Part shown: positions 49,824 through 61,271 of the stretch, one piece after another | Position numbering within the stretch: the first letter of the stretch is position 1 | How the letters are laid out: each line of letters opens with the position of its first letter | NCBI GenBank assembly: GCA_965660855.1 | Contig: CBFIBM010000001.1 | Span: 1-64,000 of the forward strand | DNA from: an uncultured bacterium | Lineage (GTDB): Bacteria > Fidelibacterota > Marinisomatia > Marinisomatales > UBA1611 | DNA: 64,000 nt | Reading direction: 5' to 3' | The notes under the pieces: generated by a model | What the model was told of the DNA's origin: nothing | What the model saw: the letters and a program-made list of their open reading frames with translations, nothing else | Database searches by the model: none | Position numbers and translations under genes: made by a program

Positions 49824-50893
49824 CGGTTGATTTTATCTATAATAGTTTAGTTGCATTTTTTCCAGATTGGGCAAATAAAGATCCTTTTTTAATGATATCA
49901 ATGCTATTGCCTTTAGTAGCAACATTTGGTTTTATCACAATTTATGCATTAGTAGTAATCTATGCAGAATTAAAAGTTTCATCTTTTATTCAAGATAAAG
50001 TAGGCCCTATGGGGCAAGGAGTTGGTCTTCACGCTGGAAAATGGGGACTTCTCCAACCAATTGCTGATGCTTTAAAGTTACTTTCTAAAGAAGATATTAT
50101 ACCAAGTAGTGCGAATAAAGTCCTTTTTATCCTTGCTCCATTTATGATTTTCATAGGAGCTTTTATAAGTTTTGTTGCTCTTCCTTTCAATGAATCTATT
50201 ATTGTTTCTGACCTTAATATTGGAATTTTTTATATATTGGGTGTTGGAAGTTTGGCAGTTATAGCGCTGATATTAGCAGGTTGGTCTTCAAATAATAAAT
50301 GGTCTTTATATGGTGGGATGAGGTCTGCGGCACAAATAATAAGCTATGAGATACCCGCTGGCATAAGTCTTATAGTTGTCATAATGCTTGCTGGCAGTCT
50401 AAATATGCAAGAAATTATTCTTTATCAGGAAGGTGGTATAGGTAATTGGATTATTTTTGATAACCCATTTATGCCAATAGCTTTTGTTGTTTATTTTATA
50501 AGTGCACTGGCTGAAACCAATAGAACTCCATTTGATTTACCTGAGTCTGAGTCAGAGCTTGTTGCGGGATTTGTTACAGAATATTCAGGTATGCGTTATG
50601 CTTTTTTCTTTCTGAGTGAATATGCTAACATGTTTGTTGTGAGTGTTGTTGCGGTAACAGGATTTCTTGGCGGATGGCAAAGCCCTTTTGCCAATTATCT
50701 AAATTCTCCTGTAATGGGTTTGTTTTGGATGCTGAGTAAAACTGCTTTTCTTATTTTTATTATGATATGGATCCGATGGACGGTACCTAGGTTAAGGGTA
50801 GATCAGCTGATGCATCTGTGTTGGAAAGTTTTTCTACCAATTGGATTATTTAATATTTTTGCAGTAGCCATTTGGACAGTTTTAATTGGGTAA
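49820..50893 (+). CDS. nuoH: Complex I subunit H
   Basis: GLLQPIADALKL..KED, RSAAQIISYE, ETNRTPFDLPE.ESEL..G..TEYSG. Confidence 0.96.
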   Translation: MTVDFIYNSLVAFFPDWANKDPFLMISMLLPLVATFGFITIYALVVIYAELKVSSFIQDKVGPMGQGVGLHAGKWGLLQPIADALKLLSKEDIIPSSANKVLFILAPFMIFIGAFISFVALPFNESIIVSDLNIGIFYILGVGSLAVIALILAGWSSNNKWSLYGGMRSAAQIISYEIPAGISLIVVIMLAGSLNMQEIILYQEGGIGNWIIFDNPFMPIAFVVYFISALAETNRTPFDLPESESELVAGFVTEYSGMRYAFFFLSEYANMFVVSVVAVTGFLGGWQSPFANYLNSPVMGLFWMLSKTAFLIFIMIWIRWTVPRLRVDQLMHLCWKVFLPIGLFNIFAVAIWTVLIG

Positions 50894-50898
50894 ATAAT

Positions 50899-51480
50899 AT
50901 GATTAAATACTTTACAGGAATTTGGACAAGCGTATCAACTATTGTTGGTGGGATGGGTATTACATTCGTTCACCTAATACGAGCTAGAAAAGATAATGTC
51001 ACTCTGCAGTACCCAGAAGAGCGTTGGCCAAGACCAGAACGAAATATTGGTTTCGACCATGATAGTTATAATGTAATAAGGTCAAGATTACATGTGGATA
51101 TGGATGACTGTATTGGTTGTTTGAAATGTGAAAGAGCATGTCCCGTTGATTGTATCAAGATAGTTACTGAGAAAGCACCAGAAAGAGGAACTGATATTAA
51201 AGAAGTTAGTCATGTTGGAGTTACGTCTAATGGAACTAGAAAAGCTATGGTAGTGACTAGATTTGACATAGATATGTCAGAATGTTGTTATTGTAATTTA
51301 TGTACATATCCATGCCCTGAAGAATGTATTTTTATGACTGGTGGGCCAAACAGTAGCAAGCATCCAATCGATTATGAGTTTTCAGAGCCAGATAGGGATA
51401 ACTTGATATACAAGTTTGCAAAATCAGGCACAAAAGAAGGACTTGAAAAGCTTAGAAATGAAAAAGTTGCTGAGTCTTAG
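50899..51480 (+). CDS. nuoI: Complex I subunit I (2x[4Fe-4S]); start placed at ATG 50899
   Basis: TLQYPEE, CIGCLKCERACP, CCYCNLCTYPCP. Confidence 0.95.
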   Translation: MIKYFTGIWTSVSTIVGGMGITFVHLIRARKDNVTLQYPEERWPRPERNIGFDHDSYNVIRSRLHVDMDDCIGCLKCERACPVDCIKIVTEKAPERGTDIKEVSHVGVTSNGTRKAMVVTRFDIDMSECCYCNLCTYPCPEECIFMTGGPNSSKHPIDYEFSEPDRDNLIYKFAKSGTKEGLEKLRNEKVAES

Positions 51481-51490
51481 AGGTTGATGC

Positions 51491-51979
51491 ATGGCTGATA
51501 TAGTTTTCTGGTTTATTGCTGCATTTACAATAATTTCGGCCCTGTTCGTAGTATTGAATAATCAATTGTTGTACTCTGCAGTTGCATTATTATTTACTCT
51601 TTTTGGAGTGGCTTCTCTTTATGTTTTTCTCTGGGCTGACTTTATCGCTGGAGTTCAACTACTTGTGTATATAGGTGGTATTTTAGTGCTGATAATATTT
51701 GGTATAATGTTAACAAATAGAATTTCATCTGTTAGGCTATCTCAAACTAATGTTCAACAAGGTATTGGAGGAGTTGTTTCGTTTTGGCTTTTGATTTTTT
51801 TGACATTAGTTATTACAAAAACTCCGTGGTTACAAAAGGAAGCGGTTGAACCAGTGACAACTGTTAATGATATTGGTGTTTTACTATTAACGAAGTATTT
51901 ATTACCCTTTGAGGCTGTATCTTTATTGCTTTTAGGAGCTCTCATTGGAGCAGCAATTCTTTCCAGAGAAGCCACATAA
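51491..51979 (+). CDS. nuoJ: Complex I subunit J
   Basis: QLLVYIGGILVL..F.IML, YLLPFE. Confidence 0.94.
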   Translation: MADIVFWFIAAFTIISALFVVLNNQLLYSAVALLFTLFGVASLYVFLWADFIAGVQLLVYIGGILVLIIFGIMLTNRISSVRLSQTNVQQGIGGVVSFWLLIFLTLVITKTPWLQKEAVEPVTTVNDIGVLLLTKYLLPFEAVSLLLLGALIGAAILSREAT

Positions 51980-52284
51980 TGGATCATTTAAATAATTATT
52001 TATTTATCTCTTCGGTTTTATTTTCACTCGGTGTTTTTGGTGTTATGACAAGAAGAAATGGCATCGCTGTTCTAATGGGAGTAGAGTTAATACTTAACGC
52101 TGCAAATATTAATTTTGTAGCATTCTCACGATTTGGAGGTATGAATTTAGATGGACATATATTTAGTCTTTTTGTCATAGTCCTCGCGGCTGCAGAAGCG
52201 GCGGTTGCCCTTGCAATCGTCATCAATATTTACAATAATCTAAATACTATCAATATTGATGATGCATCAGAATTGAGGAATTAA
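51979..52284 (+). CDS. nuoK: Complex I subunit K
   Basis: LMGVELILNAANIN, AAAEAAVALA. Confidence 0.95.
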   Translation: MDHLNNYLFISSVLFSLGVFGVMTRRNGIAVLMGVELILNAANINFVAFSRFGGMNLDGHIFSLFVIVLAAAEAAVALAIVINIYNNLNTINIDDASELRN

Positions 52285-54332
52285 TGGATAATATGTTAAT
52301 TAAATACTCAATTCTCATTCTTTTTCTTCCTCTATTGGCTTTTATAATTCAAATATTTTTTGGTAAAAAGCTTCCGCGTCAGGGAGATTGGGTATCAATC
52401 TTTGCAATTGTGACTACTCTGGTTCTTGCATTGATTATGTTTGTTAATATGATTATTGAATATAATCCTAATTTTAAGAATGAAGCTTCTTTCACATGGT
52501 TAGATATGGGCTCGTTTAAAATAGAGTTGGGGTTTTTAGTAGACAACATAACTATAATAATGCTTTTAGTTGTAGCCTTAATTTCAACATGTACTCATAT
52601 ATTTTCTACTCAATATTTAAAAGGGGATATTCGATATTCAAGATATTTTGCTTATCTAGGTCTTTTTACATTTTCGATGAATGGTATTGTTCTTGCTAAT
52701 AATTTGATGTCGATGTATATGTTTTGGGAACTTGTTGGGGTGAGCTCTTATCTCTTAATTGGACATTGGTTTGAGAAAGATTCAGCAGCAAATGCAAATA
52801 AAAAAGCTTTTTTAACCAACAGGGTAGGTGATATTGGTTTCTTCATAGGAATTATGTTGATTTACACGGCTATTGGTTCGTTTGCTTTTTCTGATATTTT
52901 TTCCGGTGTTTCTGCAGGTTTAATAAAAGGATCTACCTTGACTATAGCAGGAATTGGTTTGTTTCTAGGTGCAATGGGTAAATCATCTCAATTCCCATTA
53001 CATATATGGTTACCAGATGCTATGGAGGGTCCAACCCCAGTTTCTGCTCTGATGCATGCAGCTACTATGGTTGCAGCTGGTGTTTATCTATCTGTTAGAA
53101 TATTCCCAATTCTAACACCCGATGCACTTCTTGTTGTTGCCTATGTTGGCGGAATTACTGCAATTTTTGCTGCAACTATTGCTATTACACAAAATGATAT
53201 TAAAAAGGTTCTTGCGTATTCTACGGTTAGTCAATTGGGTTATATGGTTTTAGCAGTTGGAACAGGAGTGTATACTGCTGCATTTTTTCATTTGCTAACG
53301 CATGCAATGTTCAAAGCCAATTTATTTTACGGTTCAGGTTCTGTGATTCACGCGATGCATCATGCTCTTCATGAGAAACATGACCATGAGACAGACCCAC
53401 AAGACATGCGTAATATGGGTGGCTTTAGAAAGAGAATGCCAATTACACATTTGTCAATGATGATTAGTACTTTGGCAATCGCGGGTGTACCATTTTTTTC
53501 TGGCTTTTTATCTAAAGATGCAATTTTAGCTGGAACCTTATCATTTGCGCAGCATCATCCAAAGCATATACTCTTACCTATTTTTGGTTTTTCAGCGGCA
53601 GCAATCACAGCTTTTTACATGTTTAGAATGATGTTTCTCACTTTTTACGGAAATACTAAAACTCCTGATATTATCAATGATATCCATGAATCACCAAAAG
53701 AAATGACTGGGCCATTGGTTCTTCTTGGTACTCTCAGCCTCTTTCTCTGGTATACACTTCCAAATTTTAATCCATTTTCAACCGATGGCTGGTTTACTAA
53801 ATTAGTAGAACCCATCAGTGCTGTTGTTCCAGGAAACCTTACTGCCAAGGAGATAGCAGATGGTGCTCATCATGCTCACTATCTGGCAATGTATATCTCT
53901 ATAGCTGTTGCCTTTTTGGGTATTCTTTTTGCATATTTAATGTACATAAAGAAAGCCTTTATCCCAGAAAATTGGGCAAAGAAATCGGGCTTTCTTTACG
54001 ACTGGAGCTTGAATAAGTATTATTTTGATGAGAATTATAACAAATTCCTTTATCAACCAACTTTACAACTCGCTAAAAAAGTATCATGGATTGACTGGGA
54101 TTTATATGATAAATACTTCATAAATGGCTTTGGTCATTTAACTAATATTGCAAGTAAAATTACGGGAAAATTTGATTTCAATGGTATTGATCAAATTATT
54201 GTAGATGGTAATGGTAAGATTGTTAATTTACTTGGAAAAATTTTTAGAAAAATACAAACAGGTCGTTTACAAAATTATATTTTGTATGTAACAGCAGGAG
54301 TGATCATACTAATGATCATTCAATCATTTTAA
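52284..54332 (+). CDS. nuoL: Complex I subunit L
   Basis: WELVG..SYLLIG, NRVGD, WLPDAMEGPTPVSA, AYSTVSQLG, HA.FKA, QTG..QNY. Confidence 0.96.
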   Translation: MDNMLIKYSILILFLPLLAFIIQIFFGKKLPRQGDWVSIFAIVTTLVLALIMFVNMIIEYNPNFKNEASFTWLDMGSFKIELGFLVDNITIIMLLVVALISTCTHIFSTQYLKGDIRYSRYFAYLGLFTFSMNGIVLANNLMSMYMFWELVGVSSYLLIGHWFEKDSAANANKKAFLTNRVGDIGFFIGIMLIYTAIGSFAFSDIFSGVSAGLIKGSTLTIAGIGLFLGAMGKSSQFPLHIWLPDAMEGPTPVSALMHAATMVAAGVYLSVRIFPILTPDALLVVAYVGGITAIFAATIAITQNDIKKVLAYSTVSQLGYMVLAVGTGVYTAAFFHLLTHAMFKANLFYGSGSVIHAMHHALHEKHDHETDPQDMRNMGGFRKRMPITHLSMMISTLAIAGVPFFSGFLSKDAILAGTLSFAQHHPKHILLPIFGFSAAAITAFYMFRMMFLTFYGNTKTPDIINDIHESPKEMTGPLVLLGTLSLFLWYTLPNFNPFSTDGWFTKLVEPISAVVPGNLTAKEIADGAHHAHYLAMYISIAVAFLGILFAYLMYIKKAFIPENWAKKSGFLYDWSLNKYYFDENYNKFLYQPTLQLAKKVSWIDWDLYDKYFINGFGHLTNIASKITGKFDFNGIDQIIVDGNGKIVNLLGKIFRKIQTGRLQNYILYVTAGVIILMIIQSF

Positions 54333-54359
54333 AATAAAAAAGAACGAGTAGGGGAGAGG

Positions 54360-55904
54360 ATGGAAAATATTCTCAGTTTATTAATCTGGTTGCCTATTGT
54401 TGGTATGGGCGTAATTGCATTCGTTCCACGAGATAAAAATGATTTAATTAGAATCATAGCAGCTATAACAACAGGTTTACAATTCATTCTAACAATTGTA
54501 TTGTGGAGTGATTTTGACAAATCTACAGGTACAATGCAATTTATTGAGAGGTTAGAGTGGATACCTTCTCTGAACATAGCATATATATTAGGTGTCGATG
54601 GGCTTAGCCTGCCAATGGTTATTCTAACCGGTTTGTTATTTTTTATAGGGGTCTTTGTTAGTTGGAGTATTGAGAAAGCTGTAAAAGGATATTATGCTCT
54701 GTTTTTATTGTTGAATGCAGGCGTAATGGGTGTTTTTCTAAGTTTAGATTTCTTTTTATTTTATGTTTTTTGGGAAGTTATGTTACTACCAATGTATTTT
54801 TTAATTGGAATGTGGGGAGGTCCTCAGAGAGAATACGCAGCAATTAAATTTTTTCTCTACACGTTATTTGGTTCTGTTTTGATGCTTGTTGGCATACTAG
54901 GTTTATATTTTACATGTGGTAAAACTTTTGATATATTAGAACTCCAAAGAGTTGCTCCTACTGCATTAAATGGTGTTCTCTGGTGGGGAGTTAGTGCGAT
55001 AAAAATTATTTGGGTATTACTCTTTATTGGATTTGCAATCAAGGTTCCTGTATTCCCATTTCACACATGGTTACCTCTCGCTCATGTTGAAGCACCTACG
55101 GCTATTTCTGTATTGCTTGCAGGTATATTATTAAAGCTAGGGGTCTATGGTATTTTAAGAGTCAACTATGGTCTAATGCCGGATGGTGTCTATTGGTTCT
55201 CTGGTGCACTTGCATTTCTAGGGCTCATAAATGTTATTTGGGGAGGATTATGTGCTCTTGCACAAACTGATTTGAAGAAGCTTGTAGCATATTCAAGTGT
55301 TAATCACATGGGTTATTCTTTAATAGGTATGGCAGCTGTGATAGCAGCTGGTGAATCAAATGGCTATAATTTAAAAGCTGCTCAAGCTGGTTTAGGTGGC
55401 GCTGTATTCCAAATGTTTAACCATGGAACAATATCAGCAATGCTATTTATTTTGGTTGGAGTTATTTATGATAGAGCACACCATAGAGAGATTGAGGGCT
55501 TTGGTGGATTGGCAAGCCAAATGCCTGTTTATACTGCAATAACTGCCTTAGCATTTTTCGCAGGTTTAGGTTTACCTGGTTTATCGGGATTTATTAGTGA
55601 GGCTATGTGCTTTATTGGTGCCTTCCCCGTATTTAAGGGTATTGTTATTGCATCTACAATTGGTATTTTGCTAAATGCAGCCTACTTCCTTTGGGCTTTT
55701 CAAAGAGTGTTTTTTGGAAAATTAAATGAAAAGTATGTTGATATATCAGAAATTAATAAAAGAGAGCTATTTACGGTCGTTCCTTTGCTAGTTATCACTC
55801 TTTTCTTTGGAATATATCCTGCTCCCTATTTGGATATTATTTCGAAAACAATGGATGTAATTATAAATCACGTTGTAACATTATCAACTCTAGCCAGCAT
55901 GTAG
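54360..55904 (+). CDS. nuoM: Complex I subunit M
   Basis: GVDGLS, FYVFWE, KVPVFPFHTWLP.AHVEAP, AYSSVNHMG. Confidence 0.96.
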   Translation: MENILSLLIWLPIVGMGVIAFVPRDKNDLIRIIAAITTGLQFILTIVLWSDFDKSTGTMQFIERLEWIPSLNIAYILGVDGLSLPMVILTGLLFFIGVFVSWSIEKAVKGYYALFLLLNAGVMGVFLSLDFFLFYVFWEVMLLPMYFLIGMWGGPQREYAAIKFFLYTLFGSVLMLVGILGLYFTCGKTFDILELQRVAPTALNGVLWWGVSAIKIIWVLLFIGFAIKVPVFPFHTWLPLAHVEAPTAISVLLAGILLKLGVYGILRVNYGLMPDGVYWFSGALAFLGLINVIWGGLCALAQTDLKKLVAYSSVNHMGYSLIGMAAVIAAGESNGYNLKAAQAGLGGAVFQMFNHGTISAMLFILVGVIYDRAHHREIEGFGGLASQMPVYTAITALAFFAGLGLPGLSGFISEAMCFIGAFPVFKGIVIASTIGILLNAAYFLWAFQRVFFGKLNEKYVDISEINKRELFTVVPLLVITLFFGIYPAPYLDIISKTMDVIINHVVTLSTLASM

Positions 55905-55916
55905 GTTATATAAATA

Positions 55917-57407
55917 ATGAATAATCTACAAAGCCTTCAGTTTTATTATCCTGAAATACTATTAACTTTTGTTATTTTAGCTAGTATTTTATACGACTTA
56001 TTTCTTGACAAATTAAAGTCTTACAAGGTTGGGTTCGTATTAATTGCGGGTCTTATCGTTGTAGCTATCTCTATATTTTTACAGGATGATTCTGTTACTT
56101 CTCTTTTTACTGATTCTGTTGCAAAAGACCCCTATTCTCAATTTTTTAAAATTCTAATAATCGCAACTACTATACTTGTGTCAATTGTTAGTTTGAAAAA
56201 CAAAGAATTAGAAATATATCGCAAAGGAGAATACTTTACCTTACTTGGTATAATTACATTTGGTTTATTTTTGATGGTCTCTGCAATTGATCTTATAATG
56301 CTTTATTTGTCAATTGAAATTGTATCAATTATATCTTTTGTTCTAGCGGGCTACTTAAAGCAAAATACCCGTTCTAATGAAGCTGCTCTAAAGTACGTAG
56401 TATATGGTGGATTTTCTTCAGGTGTTATGTTATTTGGACTAAGTTATATCTTCGGATTAACGGGTAGTACAAATTATTTTCAAATTCAAAAAGCTCTCGC
56501 TTCTTTACCTGCGGAGGCAAATACAGCTGTTATAATTTCAATAATTTTAGTCCTTGCTGGATTTGGTTATAAAATTTCTGCTGTACCATTTCATTTCTGG
56601 ACACCAGATGTATATGAAGGTTCGCCTACAACAATTACTGCTTTTCTTTCAGTTGCACCTAAAGCTGGAGCATTTGCTATGATGATTAGGTTTTTTAACC
56701 AAGTTTTTGCTAATGGTGGTGCGATGAACGGATTAGAGGAAATCTCATTAGCATACTTTCCTTGGGCAGAAATTTTAAGCGTACTTGCTATTATTACTAT
56801 GACTATTGGTAACATTGTAGCTATCCAACAAAACAGTATCAAAAGAATGCTAGCATATTCAAGTGTTGCCCACGCAGGGTACATGCTTCTCGCAATGCCT
56901 GTCATGTCGGGAGACAGTACATATGCAATTATGATTTATTTAGTCATGTATTTATTTATGAATTTAGGTGCCTTTTTTACGGTAGTTTTAGTAAAAAATA
57001 AAACTGGAGGAGAGACTTTCAAGGATTTTGAAGGTCTCGGTTGGGAAATGCCATTAGTGGGCGCATTAATGACGCTATTTATGGTGTCGCTTACGGGGCT
57101 ACCACCAACAGCAGGATTCGTTGGTAAATTTTATATTTTTGCTTCTTTGATTCAAGGGGGTGAAGCTTTTTATTATTTGGTTTTTATTGGTGGAATAAAT
57201 AGTGTCATTTCCCTATACTATTATCTAAGAGTTGTCAAAGTCATGTACTTTTCAGGAAGGAAAATAGAAGTATTAAAATCACCTGGTGTAGTTATGAGTA
57301 TCATGCTTTTAGTTACTGGAATTCCCTCATTAATTTTAGGTATATACTGGGTTCCCCTTGCTGAATGGGTTCAAAACTCATTAGTATTTTTTATTCAAAC
57401 TATTTAA
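55917..57407 (+). CDS. nuoN: Complex I subunit N
   Basis: SNEAALKY, KISAVPFHFWTPDVYEG, KRMLAYSS.AHAGY, YYYLR. Confidence 0.96.
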   Translation: MNNLQSLQFYYPEILLTFVILASILYDLFLDKLKSYKVGFVLIAGLIVVAISIFLQDDSVTSLFTDSVAKDPYSQFFKILIIATTILVSIVSLKNKELEIYRKGEYFTLLGIITFGLFLMVSAIDLIMLYLSIEIVSIISFVLAGYLKQNTRSNEAALKYVVYGGFSSGVMLFGLSYIFGLTGSTNYFQIQKALASLPAEANTAVIISIILVLAGFGYKISAVPFHFWTPDVYEGSPTTITAFLSVAPKAGAFAMMIRFFNQVFANGGAMNGLEEISLAYFPWAEILSVLAIITMTIGNIVAIQQNSIKRMLAYSSVAHAGYMLLAMPVMSGDSTYAIMIYLVMYLFMNLGAFFTVVLVKNKTGGETFKDFEGLGWEMPLVGALMTLFMVSLTGLPPTAGFVGKFYIFASLIQGGEAFYYLVFIGGINSVISLYYYLRVVKVMYFSGRKIEVLKSPGVVMSIMLLVTGIPSLILGIYWVPLAEWVQNSLVFFIQTI

Positions 57408-57419
57408 AGAAAAATTAAA

Positions 57420-58754
57420 TTGGAAAAAATCGAAATAACAAAAGGACATGATATCAGGATTTCAGGTATTCCGAATTTAGAATCGTATTCTCATATTATG
57501 CCAAAAAAAATTAGTATTTCACCAAAATCATTTAGAAATATTAAGCCGAAATTATTAGTTGCTGAAGGTGAAGTTGTGAAAATAGGTTCCCCTTTATTTT
57601 ATGATAAAACTAAAACAAAAGTGAGATTTGCATCTCCAGCAGCAGGTAAAATAGCTAATATAAAGTTTGGACCCAGAAGAGTTATAGAAAATATTGAGAT
57701 TGAAATAGACGGTTCAGAAGCTCTAAAAAATGATTTTTTACAAGGCAAAAAACTTTCTTCCCTTAAAAGAGATGAAGCACTTCAGTTTATTTTAAAGTCA
57801 AATTTATTTCATTTTTTTAGGGAAAGACCTTTCAATCAAATTCCAAATCCAGATAAAATACCAAGAGATATATTTATTTCTGGCTATAATACTGCTCCAT
57901 TATCTGTTGATTTAGTAAGATTGATTAGAGATAATCATAAAGTTTTTCAAAAAGGTTTGTCCCTTGTATCAAAATTAACTGGCGGTAAGACATTCTTCTC
58001 CAGCAAAGAAAAATTTAATTTCAAGGATGTTGAGAACATACTAATCAATGGACCTCACCCTGCAGGTAATATTGGTATCCAAGTGCATCATATCAAACCT
58101 CTTAAGCCTAATGAATTCATATGGACGATAAATGCACAGCATGTATTGACACTGGGTAAATTGTTTGAAAAGGGTATTTATGATCCTGAAATTATTGTTA
58201 GTATTGGAGGTTCTGGGGCGATTGCTCCATATACAGCAAAAACAATATCTGGCGTACCAATATCAAGCTTAATAGAAAATCAAAATTTAAATAAAAAAAA
58301 TATCAGAATAGTTTCAGGAGATGTTTTAACGGGTAAAAATGTTTCAGAGGAAGGCTATATTGATTTTTATGATTCTACATTATCATTAATTAATGATAAT
58401 GTAGATAGGCCTTTTTTAGGAATGCTTTCAATTGGTAGTAGTTCAACAAAATATAGTCTCACAAGGGTATTTTTCAATATGAAAGAGGTCTTGTTTAACT
58501 TTACAACAGCTCAAAATGGTGAATTGAGGCCAATTGTACCATTAAATACGTGGGAAAAAGTATTACCTATGGATATTTTCCCTAATGAGCTATATAGAGC
58601 TATCCTTGCTAAAGATATAGATGAGATGGAAAAACTTGGTATTTGGGAATGTGACGATGAAGATTTTGCATTGTGTTCATTTTCTTGTCCAAGCAAAATA
58701 GATGTTGGCGAAGTAATTCGAGACGGCTTGGACTTAATATATTTAGAGGGTTAA
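57420..58754 (+). CDS. nqrA: Na+-translocating NADH:quinone reductase subunit A
   Basis: KGHDI.I.G, KPKL.V.EG..VK.G.PLF.DK, GPHPAGN, SGDVLTG, EDFALCSFSCPSK; TTG start. Confidence 0.93.
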   Translation: MEKIEITKGHDIRISGIPNLESYSHIMPKKISISPKSFRNIKPKLLVAEGEVVKIGSPLFYDKTKTKVRFASPAAGKIANIKFGPRRVIENIEIEIDGSEALKNDFLQGKKLSSLKRDEALQFILKSNLFHFFRERPFNQIPNPDKIPRDIFISGYNTAPLSVDLVRLIRDNHKVFQKGLSLVSKLTGGKTFFSSKEKFNFKDVENILINGPHPAGNIGIQVHHIKPLKPNEFIWTINAQHVLTLGKLFEKGIYDPEIIVSIGGSGAIAPYTAKTISGVPISSLIENQNLNKKNIRIVSGDVLTGKNVSEEGYIDFYDSTLSLINDNVDRPFLGMLSIGSSSTKYSLTRVFFNMKEVLFNFTTAQNGELRPIVPLNTWEKVLPMDIFPNELYRAILAKDIDEMEKLGIWECDDEDFALCSFSCPSKIDVGEVIRDGLDLIYLEG

Positions 58755-58760
58755 TGATTT

Positions 58761-59945
58761 ATGCAGTGGCTTAGAAATATTTTTGACAATTTAGCTCCAA
58801 TGTTTGAAAAAAATGGGAAATTAGAAAGATTTCATCCCTTATTTGAAGCTACAGATACAATATTATTTAGTACTGATGAAAGAACGGAAAGCGGTCCACA
58901 TATAAGAGATAATATTGATATTAAAAGAGTTATGATTCTTGTCGTTTTATCTTTGGTACCTTGTTATGTTTTTGGAGCAATCAATATCGGGTATCAAGAA
59001 TCTCTAACTTTTGGGTTTGATGCAAATTGGCAAAGAAATTTAATTTCGGGCCTGTATAAAATAGTTCCGATTTTAGCGGTAACATTTGCAACTGGTGCAT
59101 TCTGGGAAATTTTATTCGCAATAGTGAGGAAGCATTCTATCTCCGAAGGCTTTCTTGTGACTTGTGCCTTAATACCTTTAACTCTTCCCGCAACGATTCC
59201 TCTTTGGCAGGTAGCAGTTGGAACCAGCTTTGGAATTGTCATTGGCAAAGAGATATTTGGTGGTGTTGGCATGAATATCTTCAACCCTGCGCTAACAACT
59301 AGAGCCTTTTTATATTTCACATATCCCGCGCAAATATCGGGAGACAAGGTATGGGCAATTGCTCCAGATGGTTATTCAGGGGCTACTGCTCTTAATATTC
59401 CTGCTGGGCAAATAGATTCAGATGCTGTTGCATTATTAAATGAAGCATCAGTAAATACCGTATTTGATTTTTCATGGTTTAATATGTTCATGGGATGGAT
59501 ACCTGGTTCAATTGGTGAAACAAATAAAATTTTAATTATTTTAGCTGCAATATTTTTAATATACACAGGTATTACTTCATGGCGTATAATGCTTGGTTCT
59601 GTTATTGGGTTAGTTCTTACCGCATTACTTACAAATTTATTTGCACCATATTCCTCAAATGCAATGCTTACAATACCTCCTCATTATCATTTGGTCATGG
59701 GAAGTTTCTTATTTGGAACTGTTTTTATGGCAACAGAACCTGTAACCAGTGCACATACAGAAATTGGTAAATGGTATTATGGCTTTTTCATTGGAATGTT
59801 AACGGTCATAATTCGTAGTATTAACCCTGCTTATCCAGAAGGAATTATGTTGGCAATATTATTAATGAATGCATTTGCACCATTAATAGATTACTTTGTA
59901 ATCAAACAAAATATAAAAAAGAGAATGTTAAGATATGCGCAGTAA
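58761..59945 (+). CDS. nqrB: Na+-NQR subunit B
   Basis: HIRD..DIKR.M, KEIFGG.G.N..NPAL, FMN site DGYSGAT, FMATEPV, YPEG.MLAIL. Confidence 0.96.
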   Translation: MQWLRNIFDNLAPMFEKNGKLERFHPLFEATDTILFSTDERTESGPHIRDNIDIKRVMILVVLSLVPCYVFGAINIGYQESLTFGFDANWQRNLISGLYKIVPILAVTFATGAFWEILFAIVRKHSISEGFLVTCALIPLTLPATIPLWQVAVGTSFGIVIGKEIFGGVGMNIFNPALTTRAFLYFTYPAQISGDKVWAIAPDGYSGATALNIPAGQIDSDAVALLNEASVNTVFDFSWFNMFMGWIPGSIGETNKILIILAAIFLIYTGITSWRIMLGSVIGLVLTALLTNLFAPYSSNAMLTIPPHYHLVMGSFLFGTVFMATEPVTSAHTEIGKWYYGFFIGMLTVIIRSINPAYPEGIMLAILLMNAFAPLIDYFVIKQNIKKRMLRYAQ

Positions 59946-60645
59946 TACATATACATTAGTTTTTACATCGGTCATAACAATATTTTTTGGTTTTCTACTA
60001 TCCGTTGCTGCAACAAGTCTTAAGCCCAGACAAGATATAAATATTGAAATTGATATGAAAAAAAATATTTTAGGTGCTCTAGGGTTAAAGCCTAAATTAT
60101 CTTCAAAGTGGACTATTGAAGAAGTGCAAAATGTTTATAAAAAAAATATTATCGGTATAGTATTAGACAAAAATGGGTCAAAAACTGACAAGAATCCAAA
60201 AGATATAGATACAGATAAAAATGAAGATTTTTTTCCTATTTATATTCATAAAACAAGTGATGAGATAAATGGATATGTGATTCCAATATCAGGTAAAGGT
60301 CTCTGGTCGACATTATACGGATATTTTGCGATTGAGCCTGATTGTGAAACCGCAAAAGGAATTACATTTTATAAACATGGAGAAACTCCTGGTCTAGGTG
60401 GAGAGGTTGAAAAAGATTGGTTCCAAAATAATTTCAAAGGTAAAAAGTTCATAGATGAGAACAATATGTTAGTAGGAATTGAGGTTGTTAAAGGCACTGT
60501 GGATGAATCATCGGATGATGCTTATAGGCAGGTTGATGGTATTTCAGGTGCAACAATAACTAGTAAAGGTCTGGAGGTTTTTTTAAGAGAAGATTTAAGA
60601 AAATATCAGCCATATTTTAAAATACAAAAAGAATTTGCTGGATAA
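59935..60645 (+). CDS. nqrC: Na+-NQR subunit C
   Basis: [17 protein letters not shown] site [11 protein letters not shown]. Confidence 0.96.
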   Translation: MRSNTYTLVFTSVITIFFGFLLSVAATSLKPRQDINIEIDMKKNILGALGLKPKLSSKWTIEEVQNVYKKNIIGIVLDKNGSKTDKNPKDIDTDKNEDFFPIYIHKTSDEINGYVIPISGKGLWSTLYGYFAIEPDCETAKGITFYKHGETPGLGGEVEKDWFQNNFKGKKFIDENNMLVGIEVVKGTVDESSDDAYRQVDGISGATITSKGLEVFLREDLRKYQPYFKIQKEFAG

Positions 60646-61271
60646 TGGCTATCTTAAATAAAAAATCTAAGCTTGCATTTACAGATCCTCTAATGGCGAG
60701 TAACCCTATTAGTCTGCAGGTGTTAGGAATTTGTTCTGCACTAGCTGTGACTGTTCAAGTTCAAACTGCTGTAGTGATGACTTTAGCAGTAATTGCTGTC
60801 CTCGCAGCATCGAATACAACAATTTCATTGCTAAGAAATAAGATTCCTGGAAAAGTTCGAATTATCATTCAACTTTCAGTTATAGCAACACTCGTCATTG
60901 TTATTGATCAAATATTAAAAGCATATATGTATGATATGAGTAGACAATTATCAGTTTTTATTGCACTTATAATCACAAACTGCATTGTGATGGGAAGAGC
61001 CGAAGCATTTGCTATGCAAAATAATGTAAAGGATTCTTTTCTAGATGGAGTTGGAAACGGTCTTGGTTATGGAGGAATATTAATTGCAGTTGCAGTTTTT
61101 AGAGAATTTTTAGGCAATGGATCTATTTATGGGATTCAAGTCATTCCAAACGGACTTTATTCAAATGGATATGAAAACATGGGATTAATGGTCTTGGCTC
61201 CGGGTGCATTTGTGATATTAGGATTAATTGTATGGTTACATAGAATTATGGCTGGAATTGAGGAGGAATAA
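60645..61271 (+). CDS. nqrD: Na+-NQR subunit D
   Basis: [29 protein letters not shown]. Confidence 0.96.
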   Translation: MAILNKKSKLAFTDPLMASNPISLQVLGICSALAVTVQVQTAVVMTLAVIAVLAASNTTISLLRNKIPGKVRIIIQLSVIATLVIVIDQILKAYMYDMSRQLSVFIALIITNCIVMGRAEAFAMQNNVKDSFLDGVGNGLGYGGILIAVAVFREFLGNGSIYGIQVIPNGLYSNGYENMGLMVLAPGAFVILGLIVWLHRIMAGIEEE

